In this document: positions 48,924 to 58,329 of the stretch, piece by piece | Layout of the letters: each line of letters opens with the position of its first letter | Numbering within the stretch: the stretch's first letter is position 1 | Virus record (IMG/VR): IMGVR_UViG_3300010149_005285 | Span: 7,308 to 71,307 of that record | DNA from: a virus | DNA: 64,000 bases | Direction: 5' to 3' (one strand) | Translations under genes and position numbers: made by a program | The notes under the pieces: generated by a model | The model's input: only the letters and a program-made list of their open reading frames with translations | Told to the model about the DNA's origin: nothing | Database searches by the model: none

Positions 48924-49682
48924 ATGGATTATTCAAAAGTAGATAAAGACGGCAAAGAACTTAATACAGTTCCAAAAGCCAATCAAGCTAAACAAGCTGG
49001 TTATCACGAGAAGTGGTTAAATAACCCAGAAGAATGGGAACCAACAGCAGAAGATATTAAATGTGAACTTCAACTACAAGCATTAAGTGCAGTTGAGCCT
49101 TTAAAGTGGGAAATTGATTTAGGTTGGTTTAAAAAACAAATTAAAGAATATGAAGATAAATGGGTACCTTATCTTAGACGTGAAGGCGTAGTAAACAACA
49201 GAGAAGGGTTATGCTTAGTAGGATTACCAGGCGATGAACCTTGGGATAGTTTAAGCATGCCAGAAGCACGTAGACGTACAGGTCGTAAACTTAGCGAATT
49301 AGACTTTAATCAACCTACACAGTTATATAAAGATTTATCTAGTTTACATCCATTATTAGATTATTGGAAACCTTTAGGACGTACAATGATAGTTAATAGT
49401 GGAGCAGGAGGATGGTTCCCACCACACAAAGATCAGCCTATGTTAACAAGAGATACATTTAGAGTATGTGCATTTATATCAAATAATGTAACACATGATG
49501 CTTATGAGTGGGAAATGGATGGACACAGATGGCCCATTAAAGCTGGTGGTGTATACTACATAGACACACGTAAAACGCACAGAACACACAGTTGGAAGGA
49601 TAATAGTATGCATTTAGTAATGAATATTCCTAAAACATGGGAAAATGTTGTTAAGTTAATAAGTGCAACCCTTAATTATTAA
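48924..49682 (+). CDS. 2OG-Fe(II) oxygenase (Asp/Asn beta-hydroxylase-like)
   Basis: GGWFPPHKD..G.VY..DTRKTH..HLV. Confidence 0.75.
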   Translation: MDYSKVDKDGKELNTVPKANQAKQAGYHEKWLNNPEEWEPTAEDIKCELQLQALSAVEPLKWEIDLGWFKKQIKEYEDKWVPYLRREGVVNNREGLCLVGLPGDEPWDSLSMPEARRRTGRKLSELDFNQPTQLYKDLSSLHPLLDYWKPLGRTMIVNSGAGGWFPPHKDQPMLTRDTFRVCAFISNNVTHDAYEWEMDGHRWPIKAGGVYYIDTRKTHRTHSWKDNSMHLVMNIPKTWENVVKLISATLNY

Positions 49683-49713
49683 ACCTTTTGGTATTAATTA
49701 GATAAATACTTGT

Positions 49714-49920
49714 ATGAAAATATGTGATATCATAACTGAAGATGCTGATGTAGGAAGTACAATGGCAGGCAATATTGCCAGCGTTTCGTTTCCTATGACG
49801 CCTGGAACTAAGAAAAAGGATGCTCGTAAAGCAGTTGATCCTAAAGGATACCTAGGTGACGGTAAACGTAAAAAGCAGAGTGTAGGTTATACAGAAGAAG
49901 TAAAGGTTATTAGAAGATGA
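49714..49920 (+). CDS. hypothetical protein (MKICDIITE..)
   Basis: Late box 5 nt upstream of ATG. Confidence 0.7.
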   Translation: MKICDIITEDADVGSTMAGNIASVSFPMTPGTKKKDARKAVDPKGYLGDGKRKKQSVGYTEEVKVIRR

Positions 49921-50231
49921 GATTTTCGCAGTTAGATAATGCTAGTATAGAAGAAGAAATATACGACCGTAATCAAGAAGATCCAATGAATCCTGAAGTA
50001 TTAATTCAAGGATACGGAAGACTTAATCTAAAAACTTTAGAAACTAAAGTAGAACGTATGTTTGCTGAATTAGCAGATATGGCAAAAGATGGTAACTGGA
50101 GTAATGTTGAATATAATCTTAATAAAGGTTTAGTACAATCATTTATTAAAGCTATCAATACCACATATGAACAACTAGAAGAAATCAGAAAACGCGGCGG
50201 TAAGAACAGTCGTGGCATTGAAAAAAGGTAA
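49917..50231 (+). CDS. hypothetical protein
   Basis: ATGA overlap. Confidence 0.7.
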   Translation: MRFSQLDNASIEEEIYDRNQEDPMNPEVLIQGYGRLNLKTLETKVERMFAELADMAKDGNWSNVEYNLNKGLVQSFIKAINTTYEQLEEIRKRGGKNSRGIEKR

Positions 50232-50236
50232 CGACT

Positions 50237-51175
50237 ATGAACGAACAAAAAATTGATAACACATTTAATAGAGTCATGGAAGAAATTAACAGACTCCAAA
50301 AGGCTTTCCAGCCCGGAAAAAATTTAGAAAAAGCTATTGCAGAAGTAGGTGGCGATATTGCATGGCTTAAAGATATTAACGAATCATTTGATAAACTATA
50401 TGAAGCTCTTGAAGAAGGACACTATGGTGCAATTGCACATTTAGATATGAAAGAAGAGCTAAGTAAGAAGAAAAAAATTACACCAAGCACTCCAACAAAT
50501 ATGGTAGCAGAAGGCGTGTTAGACGCTGATGACGATGACGGGTTTATGGCTCGTTCACAATTATATTTCTTAGCACGTGATGCAATTACATTACACAGCC
50601 AAATCAACGATCAAGATGATTTAGAGCCGTGGGTACAAAGTAAAATAGCTCAGTCAAGCAAAGACATTGATGCAGTTCGTCGTTACACTGAATACAATGC
50701 CATGAAAGCACAAGTTGAGCCAAGTGCAGAATTACCGCAAGAAGTACCAGGCGCTGGAGAAGAAATGCAAGTTCCAATGGAAGCAATTCCTTCAATAGAC
50801 GAAAGTGGAGTAAAAAGACAATTAGAAGATGACGCTGAAAATTTAAGCAGAGATGAATTTATTGAAAAGCATGGAGATGCAGACTTTTACGATAGTTACA
50901 ATGGAGTAGAAGAAGCAATTGGTGCTACAACAGATAAAGAAAGATCAGAGCGTGATCACGATGCATTAGTAGTTACTGATGCTGACAAGGATATGAACAC
51001 ACCAGCTTGGCAAAGATATAAAGCAGGTGATAACAGATATATCTACAAAACAAGAAAAGATTCTGAAATTACTGAAGGCATGAATTTTGATGAAAAGAGA
51101 AGCGACGAACTAAAAGTAGTTGCTAATGATTTATTTAAAAATGCGTTAAGTAAAGCAAAAGCAAAGGCGAAATAA
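50237..51175 (+). CDS. modular acidic protein, probable internal head protein
   Basis: MARSQL..LEPWVQSKI module; several (I/V)xE junctions. Confidence 0.65.
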   Translation: MNEQKIDNTFNRVMEEINRLQKAFQPGKNLEKAIAEVGGDIAWLKDINESFDKLYEALEEGHYGAIAHLDMKEELSKKKKITPSTPTNMVAEGVLDADDDDGFMARSQLYFLARDAITLHSQINDQDDLEPWVQSKIAQSSKDIDAVRRYTEYNAMKAQVEPSAELPQEVPGAGEEMQVPMEAIPSIDESGVKRQLEDDAENLSRDEFIEKHGDADFYDSYNGVEEAIGATTDKERSERDHDALVVTDADKDMNTPAWQRYKAGDNRYIYKTRKDSEITEGMNFDEKRSDELKVVANDLFKNALSKAKAKAK

Positions 51176-51177
51176 TT

Positions 51178-52206
51178 ATGTTTACAAAAGCTCAATTTCT
51201 AGATAATGAAGATAACAATTATCACACTGAAAATGGTATTGCGTTAGCAAACGAATTTGGTACTGAAGAAGAAAAAGAATTAATGGCACAAATTCAAAAA
51301 GATCATTATGATCGTGGACATATTAATCCAGATGAAATTGAAGCACGTAACGCTATTGTTAAAAAATACTATCCAATGTTAGAAGACAATTCAGTAATTG
51401 AAGGTACTGAAATGGGATCAATTGGTGATGTTGATGTAAAGCAATTTGCAAGTAAAGATGGAACAGCAATACAACTTACTGGCTCTAATGGTTATGTTCA
51501 GCTTTCTAGAGAAGAAGCAGCACAATTAGCAGCACGTCTAGCAAAATGGGCAGGATCTAAAGACATGGCGTATCCAGGTGAGTATGACGAATCTGATACA
51601 AATGAACATGATGCAACTGGTCTTAGAAAAATTTTATCTAAAACTCCATATATTGGTCATAAAATACATGGGCATGATCATATGCCAGCACCAGCAAAGA
51701 AAAAGCCAACTAAACAAAATAGGCCTACAGGACCACAAAAAGAAAGTACAATTAACGAATTAGATTTGCTTGCTCCTAACACAGATTATGTTAGAGCACC
51801 AAATGGTGAATACTTTAAAGTAAACTACAGAAACACAGGCACTGTAACAGGTGGTGGACATAAAAGAGGCGATAAAGCAGCTTTTACAAATGTAGAAAAA
51901 GCAACACCAAGAGAAGTTGAATTATTAGATTTAGATAGTAGATTAGATTACGACTACAGAGATGATAGCGGATATAAATCTAAAAAATCTAATACAATTC
52001 ATACTGGACATGATCATCAAGGCGGAACTCCATTTAGCGATAAAGACATAAGCGTTTATGCTATGGATACTGAAGAATATGAAACTGGTATACCAACTGG
52101 AGTTAAAACAGCATTGTTGAAACACATGACCCAAGAACAAGACAAAGTCACAAACGAAAATAGAAAAAGAGCTATTGCAGAGTGGCGTAAAAAATATAAA
52201 AAATAA
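51178..52206 (+). CDS. modular hypothetical protein, probable internal head protein
   Basis: 342 aa; VIE and INE junctions. Confidence 0.65.
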   Translation: MFTKAQFLDNEDNNYHTENGIALANEFGTEEEKELMAQIQKDHYDRGHINPDEIEARNAIVKKYYPMLEDNSVIEGTEMGSIGDVDVKQFASKDGTAIQLTGSNGYVQLSREEAAQLAARLAKWAGSKDMAYPGEYDESDTNEHDATGLRKILSKTPYIGHKIHGHDHMPAPAKKKPTKQNRPTGPQKESTINELDLLAPNTDYVRAPNGEYFKVNYRNTGTVTGGGHKRGDKAAFTNVEKATPREVELLDLDSRLDYDYRDDSGYKSKKSNTIHTGHDHQGGTPFSDKDISVYAMDTEEYETGIPTGVKTALLKHMTQEQDKVTNENRKRAIAEWRKKYKK

Positions 52207-52217
52207 AAGGAAATACT

Positions 52218-52469
52218 ATGTTAAAATGGATTAAAAGCATTTTTGCTAAAGACGAACCATTAGTACTAACTAATGAAGTTAAAGAAGATGTAAAGAAAAC
52301 AAAAACAAAACCACTAGTAGTAAAACCGTCATTTAAATCAAAAAAAGAATTATCATCAATGACAAAAGCTAAACTTGAAGAAGTTGGTAGAGTATATGGC
52401 ATTGAGTTAGATAAGAGACTTACCAAAGATAAATTAGTTACACAACTTTGGAAATCGATTAAAAAGTAG
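52218..52469 (+). CDS. protein with Rho-N/HeH-like C-terminal motif
   Basis: L..MTKAKLEEVGR..GIELDKRLTKDKLV. Confidence 0.65.
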   Translation: MLKWIKSIFAKDEPLVLTNEVKEDVKKTKTKPLVVKPSFKSKKELSSMTKAKLEEVGRVYGIELDKRLTKDKLVTQLWKSIKK

Positions 52470-52566
52470 ACGAAAGTAAACTAGTAAATGGGAACTAAAG
52501 AACTTTTAAGAATATTTCTAGTCGCAAACACACAACATCAGTTGAAGCTGGCGAAACTATAACCCT

Positions 52567-52773
52567 ATGCAATTCACAAGGAAAACTGCAGAACACAATA
52601 ACGGCTCTTGCCAGAACTGTGGTCGACCAAGTCATTGTGGAAGTGGACGTTGGGAAGAAGTACAAGACTATGTTGTAGACGGAGGAGAATTACGTATGAT
52701 AAAAGTATGTGATTCTTGCAGATGTCACAATTGCACTGGAAAAAACCATGAACGAACCAAAAAACGCAGATAG
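52567..52773 (+). CDS. small Cys-rich zinc-binding protein
   Basis: CQNCG..SHC..VCDSCRCHNC. Confidence 0.6.
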   Translation: MQFTRKTAEHNNGSCQNCGRPSHCGSGRWEEVQDYVVDGGELRMIKVCDSCRCHNCTGKNHERTKKRR

Positions 52774-53392
52774 TTGGCAGGCTTATCCTGCTCTAAGATG
52801 GGTTTACAATAAACTAGATCTAAGTACAAAACTAGGATATAATTGTGGACCAGACACTGTTCCTGTACCAAGTACAGGAAAGTATGTTGAAAGACCTATT
52901 ATGAATTTAAGTAATATGGGAGTTTCGGCAAAGATAGTACAACTTAATGAAGGCGATACTATTAATACACCAGGACATTTTTGGTGTGAATATTTTGAAG
53001 GTGATTTAGTTAGTGTGGATTATACCTTTCGTAAAGGAGAAATATATCCACAACAAGCAATGAAAGGCACACATCATTCAAGAAGTCTTTCAACGTTTAA
53101 TAAATGGGAAAAAGTAGAACCTTTTCCAGATTATGAGCTACCAGGCTTTGTTGATAAATTAAGTTCAGCTAAACATATCAACATTGATTTTAAGGGCGGT
53201 AAAATAATAGAAGTTCATTTAAGGCATAATATAGGTTATCCTAAATGGGCTAAAGAAGTAATACCTATATGGGCACACGAAGATCCACAAATGTTCGTTG
53301 AATATGAACAAATGGGCTATATATTTAAAAGTTCAGAAGATGATGCTAATGGAAATTTAGATAGCGGTCAAATTGGGTTTTATTATAAATAG
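52748..53392 (+). CDS. hypothetical phage protein (possible ATP-grasp-like)
   Basis: YNKL, Y..RP..N..G, CEYFEG..SVD, IEVHLR. Confidence 0.6.
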   Translation: MNEPKNADSWQAYPALRWVYNKLDLSTKLGYNCGPDTVPVPSTGKYVERPIMNLSNMGVSAKIVQLNEGDTINTPGHFWCEYFEGDLVSVDYTFRKGEIYPQQAMKGTHHSRSLSTFNKWEKVEPFPDYELPGFVDKLSSAKHINIDFKGGKIIEVHLRHNIGYPKWAKEVIPIWAHEDPQMFVEYEQMGYIFKSSEDDANGNLDSGQIGFYYK

Positions 53393-53414
53393 TAGTATAT
53401 AAAAGGAAAACAAT

Positions 53415-54485
53415 ATGAGATTAAGACATTTATTTGAATATGACGATTTAGACAAAGAAAAAGAAATCATTGTATCTAAAATTGCTGGCTTACGTGCAGA
53501 TAATGAAGAAGACGCTGCTCTACTAGACAGAATTTATAAACTACTTAATAGTGGTCAAATTGGTGACAATATTTCAAAGGGCTTTGCGGCACCATTAGCA
53601 GATGAACCACTAAGTGATAAAGAAAAAACTTTAGTTATGCAAGACTTAACTAAAATTATTGCATCAGCTGACAGTGATTATAAATCAATGAATGAAATGA
53701 TTTCTCAGTTAGAAAAAGGTGGAGTAGTTGACGTAGCAAAACTTAACTCACCATTAGTTTCTTTTTCAGCAATATTTACACACCCGGCTGCTGTTAAGGT
53801 TTTTCATGAACTTAAAAATTATGGAACAGGTAAAAAACAAAAAGGACCAGGTGAATATGCACTCGCATGTTTAAGTAATAAAGTTAGACTAGCAACAGGC
53901 GAAGGCGACTTGGAAGTAGAAGGCATTGGTAAAGTAGAATTAAAATCAGCAGTATCAAGCACAGGTGGACGTATTGGATACGGTGGCGGGTCGCAAAAAG
54001 CCAAACGTGCAGTACTAGACAAGTATGCAGATAGAATTCCAACAGTTATGGCATCTATTGGCGGCAAGGGCGGCAGTTTGGGATTAGGTAAATTCATTCC
54101 AGCTCTGGCACAAGATTTACCTTTGAACCAACCAGACAGTGTAAAAATTAGAACAGCAATTATGACAGAATTATTAAAAATGGATCTAGAAAGTTTTGCA
54201 CAGCCAATTATACAAGCATTTGCTAAAACAGATAATCCAATTGAAATTGAAGATGCATACTTAAAAGCAAACTTCTTATGGTACAAAAATAGAGATGACT
54301 TTGATGCATTATTACTATGTAGTTTCCCTAATGAAAAATTTGCAATGATTAAAAATGAAAATGACTTAATTGCATTTAGAAGAGGTGGACATGCTCAATC
54401 GACTAGTATTAGTATTATTCCAACACAAGCTGGTGCAGGTAGAGAACAATGGGCACAGTTAACACTTAACAAGGCAAACGCTTAA
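53415..54485 (+). CDS. PD-(D/E)xK nuclease-like protein (MRLRHLFE..)
   Basis: GPGEYAL..GD....VELK; TATAAATA at 53384. Confidence 0.55.
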   Translation: MRLRHLFEYDDLDKEKEIIVSKIAGLRADNEEDAALLDRIYKLLNSGQIGDNISKGFAAPLADEPLSDKEKTLVMQDLTKIIASADSDYKSMNEMISQLEKGGVVDVAKLNSPLVSFSAIFTHPAAVKVFHELKNYGTGKKQKGPGEYALACLSNKVRLATGEGDLEVEGIGKVELKSAVSSTGGRIGYGGGSQKAKRAVLDKYADRIPTVMASIGGKGGSLGLGKFIPALAQDLPLNQPDSVKIRTAIMTELLKMDLESFAQPIIQAFAKTDNPIEIEDAYLKANFLWYKNRDDFDALLLCSFPNEKFAMIKNENDLIAFRRGGHAQSTSISIIPTQAGAGREQWAQLTLNKANA

Positions 54486-54486
54486 T

Positions 54487-54768
54487 ATGTGGGACATAAT
54501 TGTACAAATGGTTACAGATAGATTGTGGATTTATACTGCAATAGTAGGTAGTATATTTGGTGCATTATTTGTTTATTGGATTAAAGATACATACATTGCA
54601 TTTTGGGCAATAAACAAATGGGAATCATTATTAGACTTCCTAGTTAATCGTTGGGGTTGGACATGGTTCAAACATAACCCAGATGCATGGAAAGCAGCCA
54701 ATCCAAAACTTACAAAAAAAATTGAAGAATTAGAAAAACGTATTAAGTTCCTTGAAGGCAAACGTTAA
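54487..54768 (+). CDS. small membrane protein
   Basis: TM helix plus C-terminal coiled coil. Confidence 0.7.
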   Translation: MWDIIVQMVTDRLWIYTAIVGSIFGALFVYWIKDTYIAFWAINKWESLLDFLVNRWGWTWFKHNPDAWKAANPKLTKKIEELEKRIKFLEGKR

Positions 54769-54783
54769 AAGAAGATAACCAAT

Positions 54784-55635
54784 ATGATATACTTAGTATG
54801 CACCCGTAGTGCAATTTGTGCTAGTGCCTTAACTTATATAATTAATCAAAGTCCAAAGTGTTACAATTTAGTACACAATAATCTATATTTTACAGAAAAA
54901 GGAAAGGCATTTAATGATGCCGTTACAATTAATGATTGGTGGAATATACCTGATACTTACTCGTCCGTTTATAATATTGATATAAGAAATAATGAAAGAA
55001 TGGATCCTGAATCATTAAAAAAATTACTTGCTGGTTGGGCAAAATTAGACACAGGAAAAAGTATAGCCTTGTTTACTCATGCTACTAATACTGCAGAACT
55101 TATTGAATATAAAAACACACATAAACTTCCTATAACAATTATTACAACAATAATGGGTGCTAATAGCTATCTTTATTTAGATTTATTTTTAAAACGTGAA
55201 TACAGTGATGAAATGAATCCATTTACTACTATTGACGATACATGGAAATATTTATATAATCAATATATAAATCAAGATACTAAATGGGCAGAACATGCAG
55301 ACATAGTATTAGAAATGGACGAATGGCTAGGAGACCCTACTAATACATATAATAAATTAAAAATATTTCATAACAACAATATCAAGCCTTGGGTACAAGA
55401 ATACCTACAACGTAACTCATATAACGAATGGGATATTGGCGTAAACGACACAACAAATAAGTTAAAAGCAGTCAGCTACTTATTCCAACATAACCAACAT
55501 AAACTTCCAACCATACAAAGTAAAAAGCTACTAGCATTAGCATCATTAGAGTCAGTAAGACATCATGCTTCTACAGTAGATGAGGTTATTGAAAGAGCCT
55601 CAAATATACTCAGATATCAATTGACAACTTCATAA
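54784..55635 (+). CDS. hypothetical protein (possible sulfotransferase-like fold)
   Basis: CTRSA..SAL...INQSP start; weak assignment. Confidence 0.55.
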   Translation: MIYLVCTRSAICASALTYIINQSPKCYNLVHNNLYFTEKGKAFNDAVTINDWWNIPDTYSSVYNIDIRNNERMDPESLKKLLAGWAKLDTGKSIALFTHATNTAELIEYKNTHKLPITIITTIMGANSYLYLDLFLKREYSDEMNPFTTIDDTWKYLYNQYINQDTKWAEHADIVLEMDEWLGDPTNTYNKLKIFHNNNIKPWVQEYLQRNSYNEWDIGVNDTTNKLKAVSYLFQHNQHKLPTIQSKKLLALASLESVRHHASTVDEVIERASNILRYQLTTS

Positions 55636-55649
55636 TTTGAGTGTATTAT
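55621..55649 (+). promoter_or_regulatory. sigma70-type promoter
   Basis: TTGACA-17-TATTAT. Confidence 0.7.
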
Positions 55650-55677
55650 ATACGTTAAACAACACAGGAGAATATCT

Positions 55678-55935
55678 ATGAGCATTACATTTGGAACAGA
55701 AGACGTTGCCAAACTAAAAAACCTTATGCAAGAAGGCGTACAAGTTATGACTGAAGTTGAGACATTAAATGAAGGTCTTAAAGATACAGTAAAGCATATT
55801 GCAGAAGAAATGGGCATCAAACCAGCAGTACTAAACAAAGCAATTAAAATTGCACATAAAGCAGAGTTTCATAAACATAGAGATGATTTTGATACTCTTG
55901 AAACAATACTTGAGAGTGTCGGCAGAGCTGATTAG
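55678..55935 (+). CDS. T4 DsbA/GapR-like dsDNA-binding protein
   Basis: LKNL..E....E.LNE.LKD....AEE.GI....LNK.I...HK. Confidence 0.7.
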   Translation: MSITFGTEDVAKLKNLMQEGVQVMTEVETLNEGLKDTVKHIAEEMGIKPAVLNKAIKIAHKAEFHKHRDDFDTLETILESVGRAD

Positions 55936-57047
55936 TGTTAGAAACAATTTATCAATTCTGGGGTATTAAACAAGAGCATATCTTTGACGATGTGTTTACA
56001 GGTTATGAAGACCTGTACCCAGAATTTGATAAGCATACGAAAGAGACATATGAAGCAAATCCTGAAAGAACTATTGATACTGTTTTTAATCTCTATCGTA
56101 ATCGTGGGATTGTCCCTATTGTATATTACACCGAAAAAGGACTCAGAAATGAAATCAAAGGGTTTCGTTCCAAGTCATATAACGGTGTGCAAGCTGGAAC
56201 CATTGGACTCGGAAACAACGCCGGCCAAACTATTAATAGATTCCTCTTTACCAACATGCAAACAGCTGAACCAAAAGGTAGAGGATCAAATTCATTAAAG
56301 GATAGATTTTACGATGATGCTAAATTACGCAGGGCTATCAGAATATGCTTTGAGTTTCGCGATGGGAATCGCCTTGTATATCCTACTGCATTGCGCCGTT
56401 CATTGGAACTTGTCACAGGAGAAAACGTACAAAACTTTAAACCTCAACACGCAAGAGCTTTGGCAGAACGCTTATGTCCGGTATTGTGGGGTCGCATTTA
56501 TGATTACTCTTGTGGTTATGGCGGGCGTCTCTTGGGTATTAGTAGTAGCAACCTAAACTATAAATACATAGGCACGGATCCAAACACAGAAACAATTAAA
56601 TATTTAAACTATTTAAATGAACTATTAGGAGCCGATGCTGAATTAATATGTTCTGGTTCTGAAGATTATCAGTGTGAAGATATTGATCTAGCATTTAGCA
56701 GTCCACCATATTTTAATTTGGAGAAATACAGTGACGAAGAAACACAATGCATGGTCAAGTATACAACACTTGATGAATGGTTTGAAGGCTATGTCGGACC
56801 TACTATCGAGAATATCCATAGAGGATTACGAAGCGATGGAACGTTTGCAACGAACATCGCAGACTACAAAAGCTACGGCAACAAGGAATACTACGTTGTG
56901 GACAGGTGGATTGAAACTGCTGAAAAAATTGGGTTCAAACACAAAGAAACTATTAAGATGATGCTTAACACTAGACCCGGAGTAGGCAACGATAAAAAAG
57001 AAGGCAGAGAAAAATTCGAAGGAGTATACGTTTTTGAAAAACGATAA
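55935..57047 (+). CDS. DNA amino-methyltransferase (N6A/N4C type)
   Basis: DYSCGYGGRL (SAM binding), FSSPPYF (catalytic); GTG start. Confidence 0.85.
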   Translation: MLETIYQFWGIKQEHIFDDVFTGYEDLYPEFDKHTKETYEANPERTIDTVFNLYRNRGIVPIVYYTEKGLRNEIKGFRSKSYNGVQAGTIGLGNNAGQTINRFLFTNMQTAEPKGRGSNSLKDRFYDDAKLRRAIRICFEFRDGNRLVYPTALRRSLELVTGENVQNFKPQHARALAERLCPVLWGRIYDYSCGYGGRLLGISSSNLNYKYIGTDPNTETIKYLNYLNELLGADAELICSGSEDYQCEDIDLAFSSPPYFNLEKYSDEETQCMVKYTTLDEWFEGYVGPTIENIHRGLRSDGTFATNIADYKSYGNKEYYVVDRWIETAEKIGFKHKETIKMMLNTRPGVGNDKKEGREKFEGVYVFEKR

Positions 57048-58329
57048 AAGAACTATAATGCAAAGTTACAAAGATGTTCCTGAGGATTCTCTGGTTCATT
57101 GGAAAGCTGATCTTAATAACACTTATTGTGTTGCTCCACATAACGAAGTTCATGTAGATCATTTTGGTGATTATGGTTTTTGTTGTCAATACAGAAAAGG
57201 CTTATTTGGAAATATTAAAACAAAACATGCAAAAGATTTCTTTTGGAATCCTGATTCTGCAGAAGTAAGAGCTAATACAAAAGAAAATGTATGGCCAGAT
57301 GGTTGTGGACGTTGTCAAAAATCAGAGAACAAATCAGGATGGAGTCATCGTTTTGGTTCACAACATGAATGGAATGACCCTGCAAATCCAAGACACGAAT
57401 CAAACATTAATAAATTTTCAATAGATTTTAGCAATGCATGTAATCTTAGATGTACTATGTGTAGTCCAAAACGTAGTACTGGTTGGTATAAAGATGTTAA
57501 CTATTTGTTAGAAAACATGGATAGTATCCAAGAAGTTGATAGAGCAGTAGCAGGAACAAGAATGAAACAACAACAGTATATTATTCCTGCTCGTGTTGTT
57601 GATGAAAATTTAGAAGTATTTTTAGGATGTAAATTAATCGAGTGTAGCGGTGGTGAACCTTTTTATCAACCTCAGTTTTGGCATATGGTAGATAAGTTAA
57701 TTGAACATAACTATACTGGAGATCTAAAGATTGTAACAAACTTGACTTTACTAGACAAAGAAAGAACTGAAAAACTAAAAAAACTTAATACTAGACTTGT
57801 AGTAAGTTTAGATGCAATTGAAGAATTATATGAATACGTAAGACCAGCAGTTGGTACGATTGGAAAATACAAAGGCGAAATGATTCAACAAAGAATTCTT
57901 GATTGTAGTAAGTTATTTCATGTAGGTTTATCTTATACTCCACAGTTACTTAACATGTATAATATTAAGCCTTATATTGAATGGCTTTGGAAACATGAGT
58001 TTTATGGAAAGAGTAAGTTAAATGATCTTACTGGTTTTAATGCGGCTCTTGTTGCCCCACAGTATCTTTGTTTACAAGTACACCCAGACATTGAATATAG
58101 AAAATACTTAGCAGATTGGATTGAAAATGAATGTTTTACTCGTTGGGATAATCCAAAAGAACATGTGTTAAGAGGTGTAGTAAATTTACTTAGAAAACCA
58201 TACGAAGAAGAAGATGAAGATAATTGGAAATTCTTCTGTAAAACAACAGAACTACTTGACAAACACAGAAAAACAAGTATACTTAAATATATTCCGCAAC
58301 TAGAAAAATATTGGATAAGCCCTGAATAA
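57034..58329 (+). CDS. radical SAM protein with N-terminal twitch/SPASM-like domain
   Basis: YCVAP..CC..CGRC; CNLRCTMC, SGGEPF, VTN, SLD; start may be ATG 57058. Confidence 0.9.
   Translation: MKNDKRTIMQSYKDVPEDSLVHWKADLNNTYCVAPHNEVHVDHFGDYGFCCQYRKGLFGNIKTKHAKDFFWNPDSAEVRANTKENVWPDGCGRCQKSENKSGWSHRFGSQHEWNDPANPRHESNINKFSIDFSNACNLRCTMCSPKRSTGWYKDVNYLLENMDSIQEVDRAVAGTRMKQQQYIIPARVVDENLEVFLGCKLIECSGGEPFYQPQFWHMVDKLIEHNYTGDLKIVTNLTLLDKERTEKLKKLNTRLVVSLDAIEELYEYVRPAVGTIGKYKGEMIQQRILDCSKLFHVGLSYTPQLLNMYNIKPYIEWLWKHEFYGKSKLNDLTGFNAALVAPQYLCLQVHPDIEYRKYLADWIENECFTRWDNPKEHVLRGVVNLLRKPYEEEDEDNWKFFCKTTELLDKHRKTSILKYIPQLEKYWISPE

Noticed and set aside
52488-52562. 24-aa ORF MGTKELL.. in an intergenic gap
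   Set aside because: No convincing SD or motif; cannot be supported
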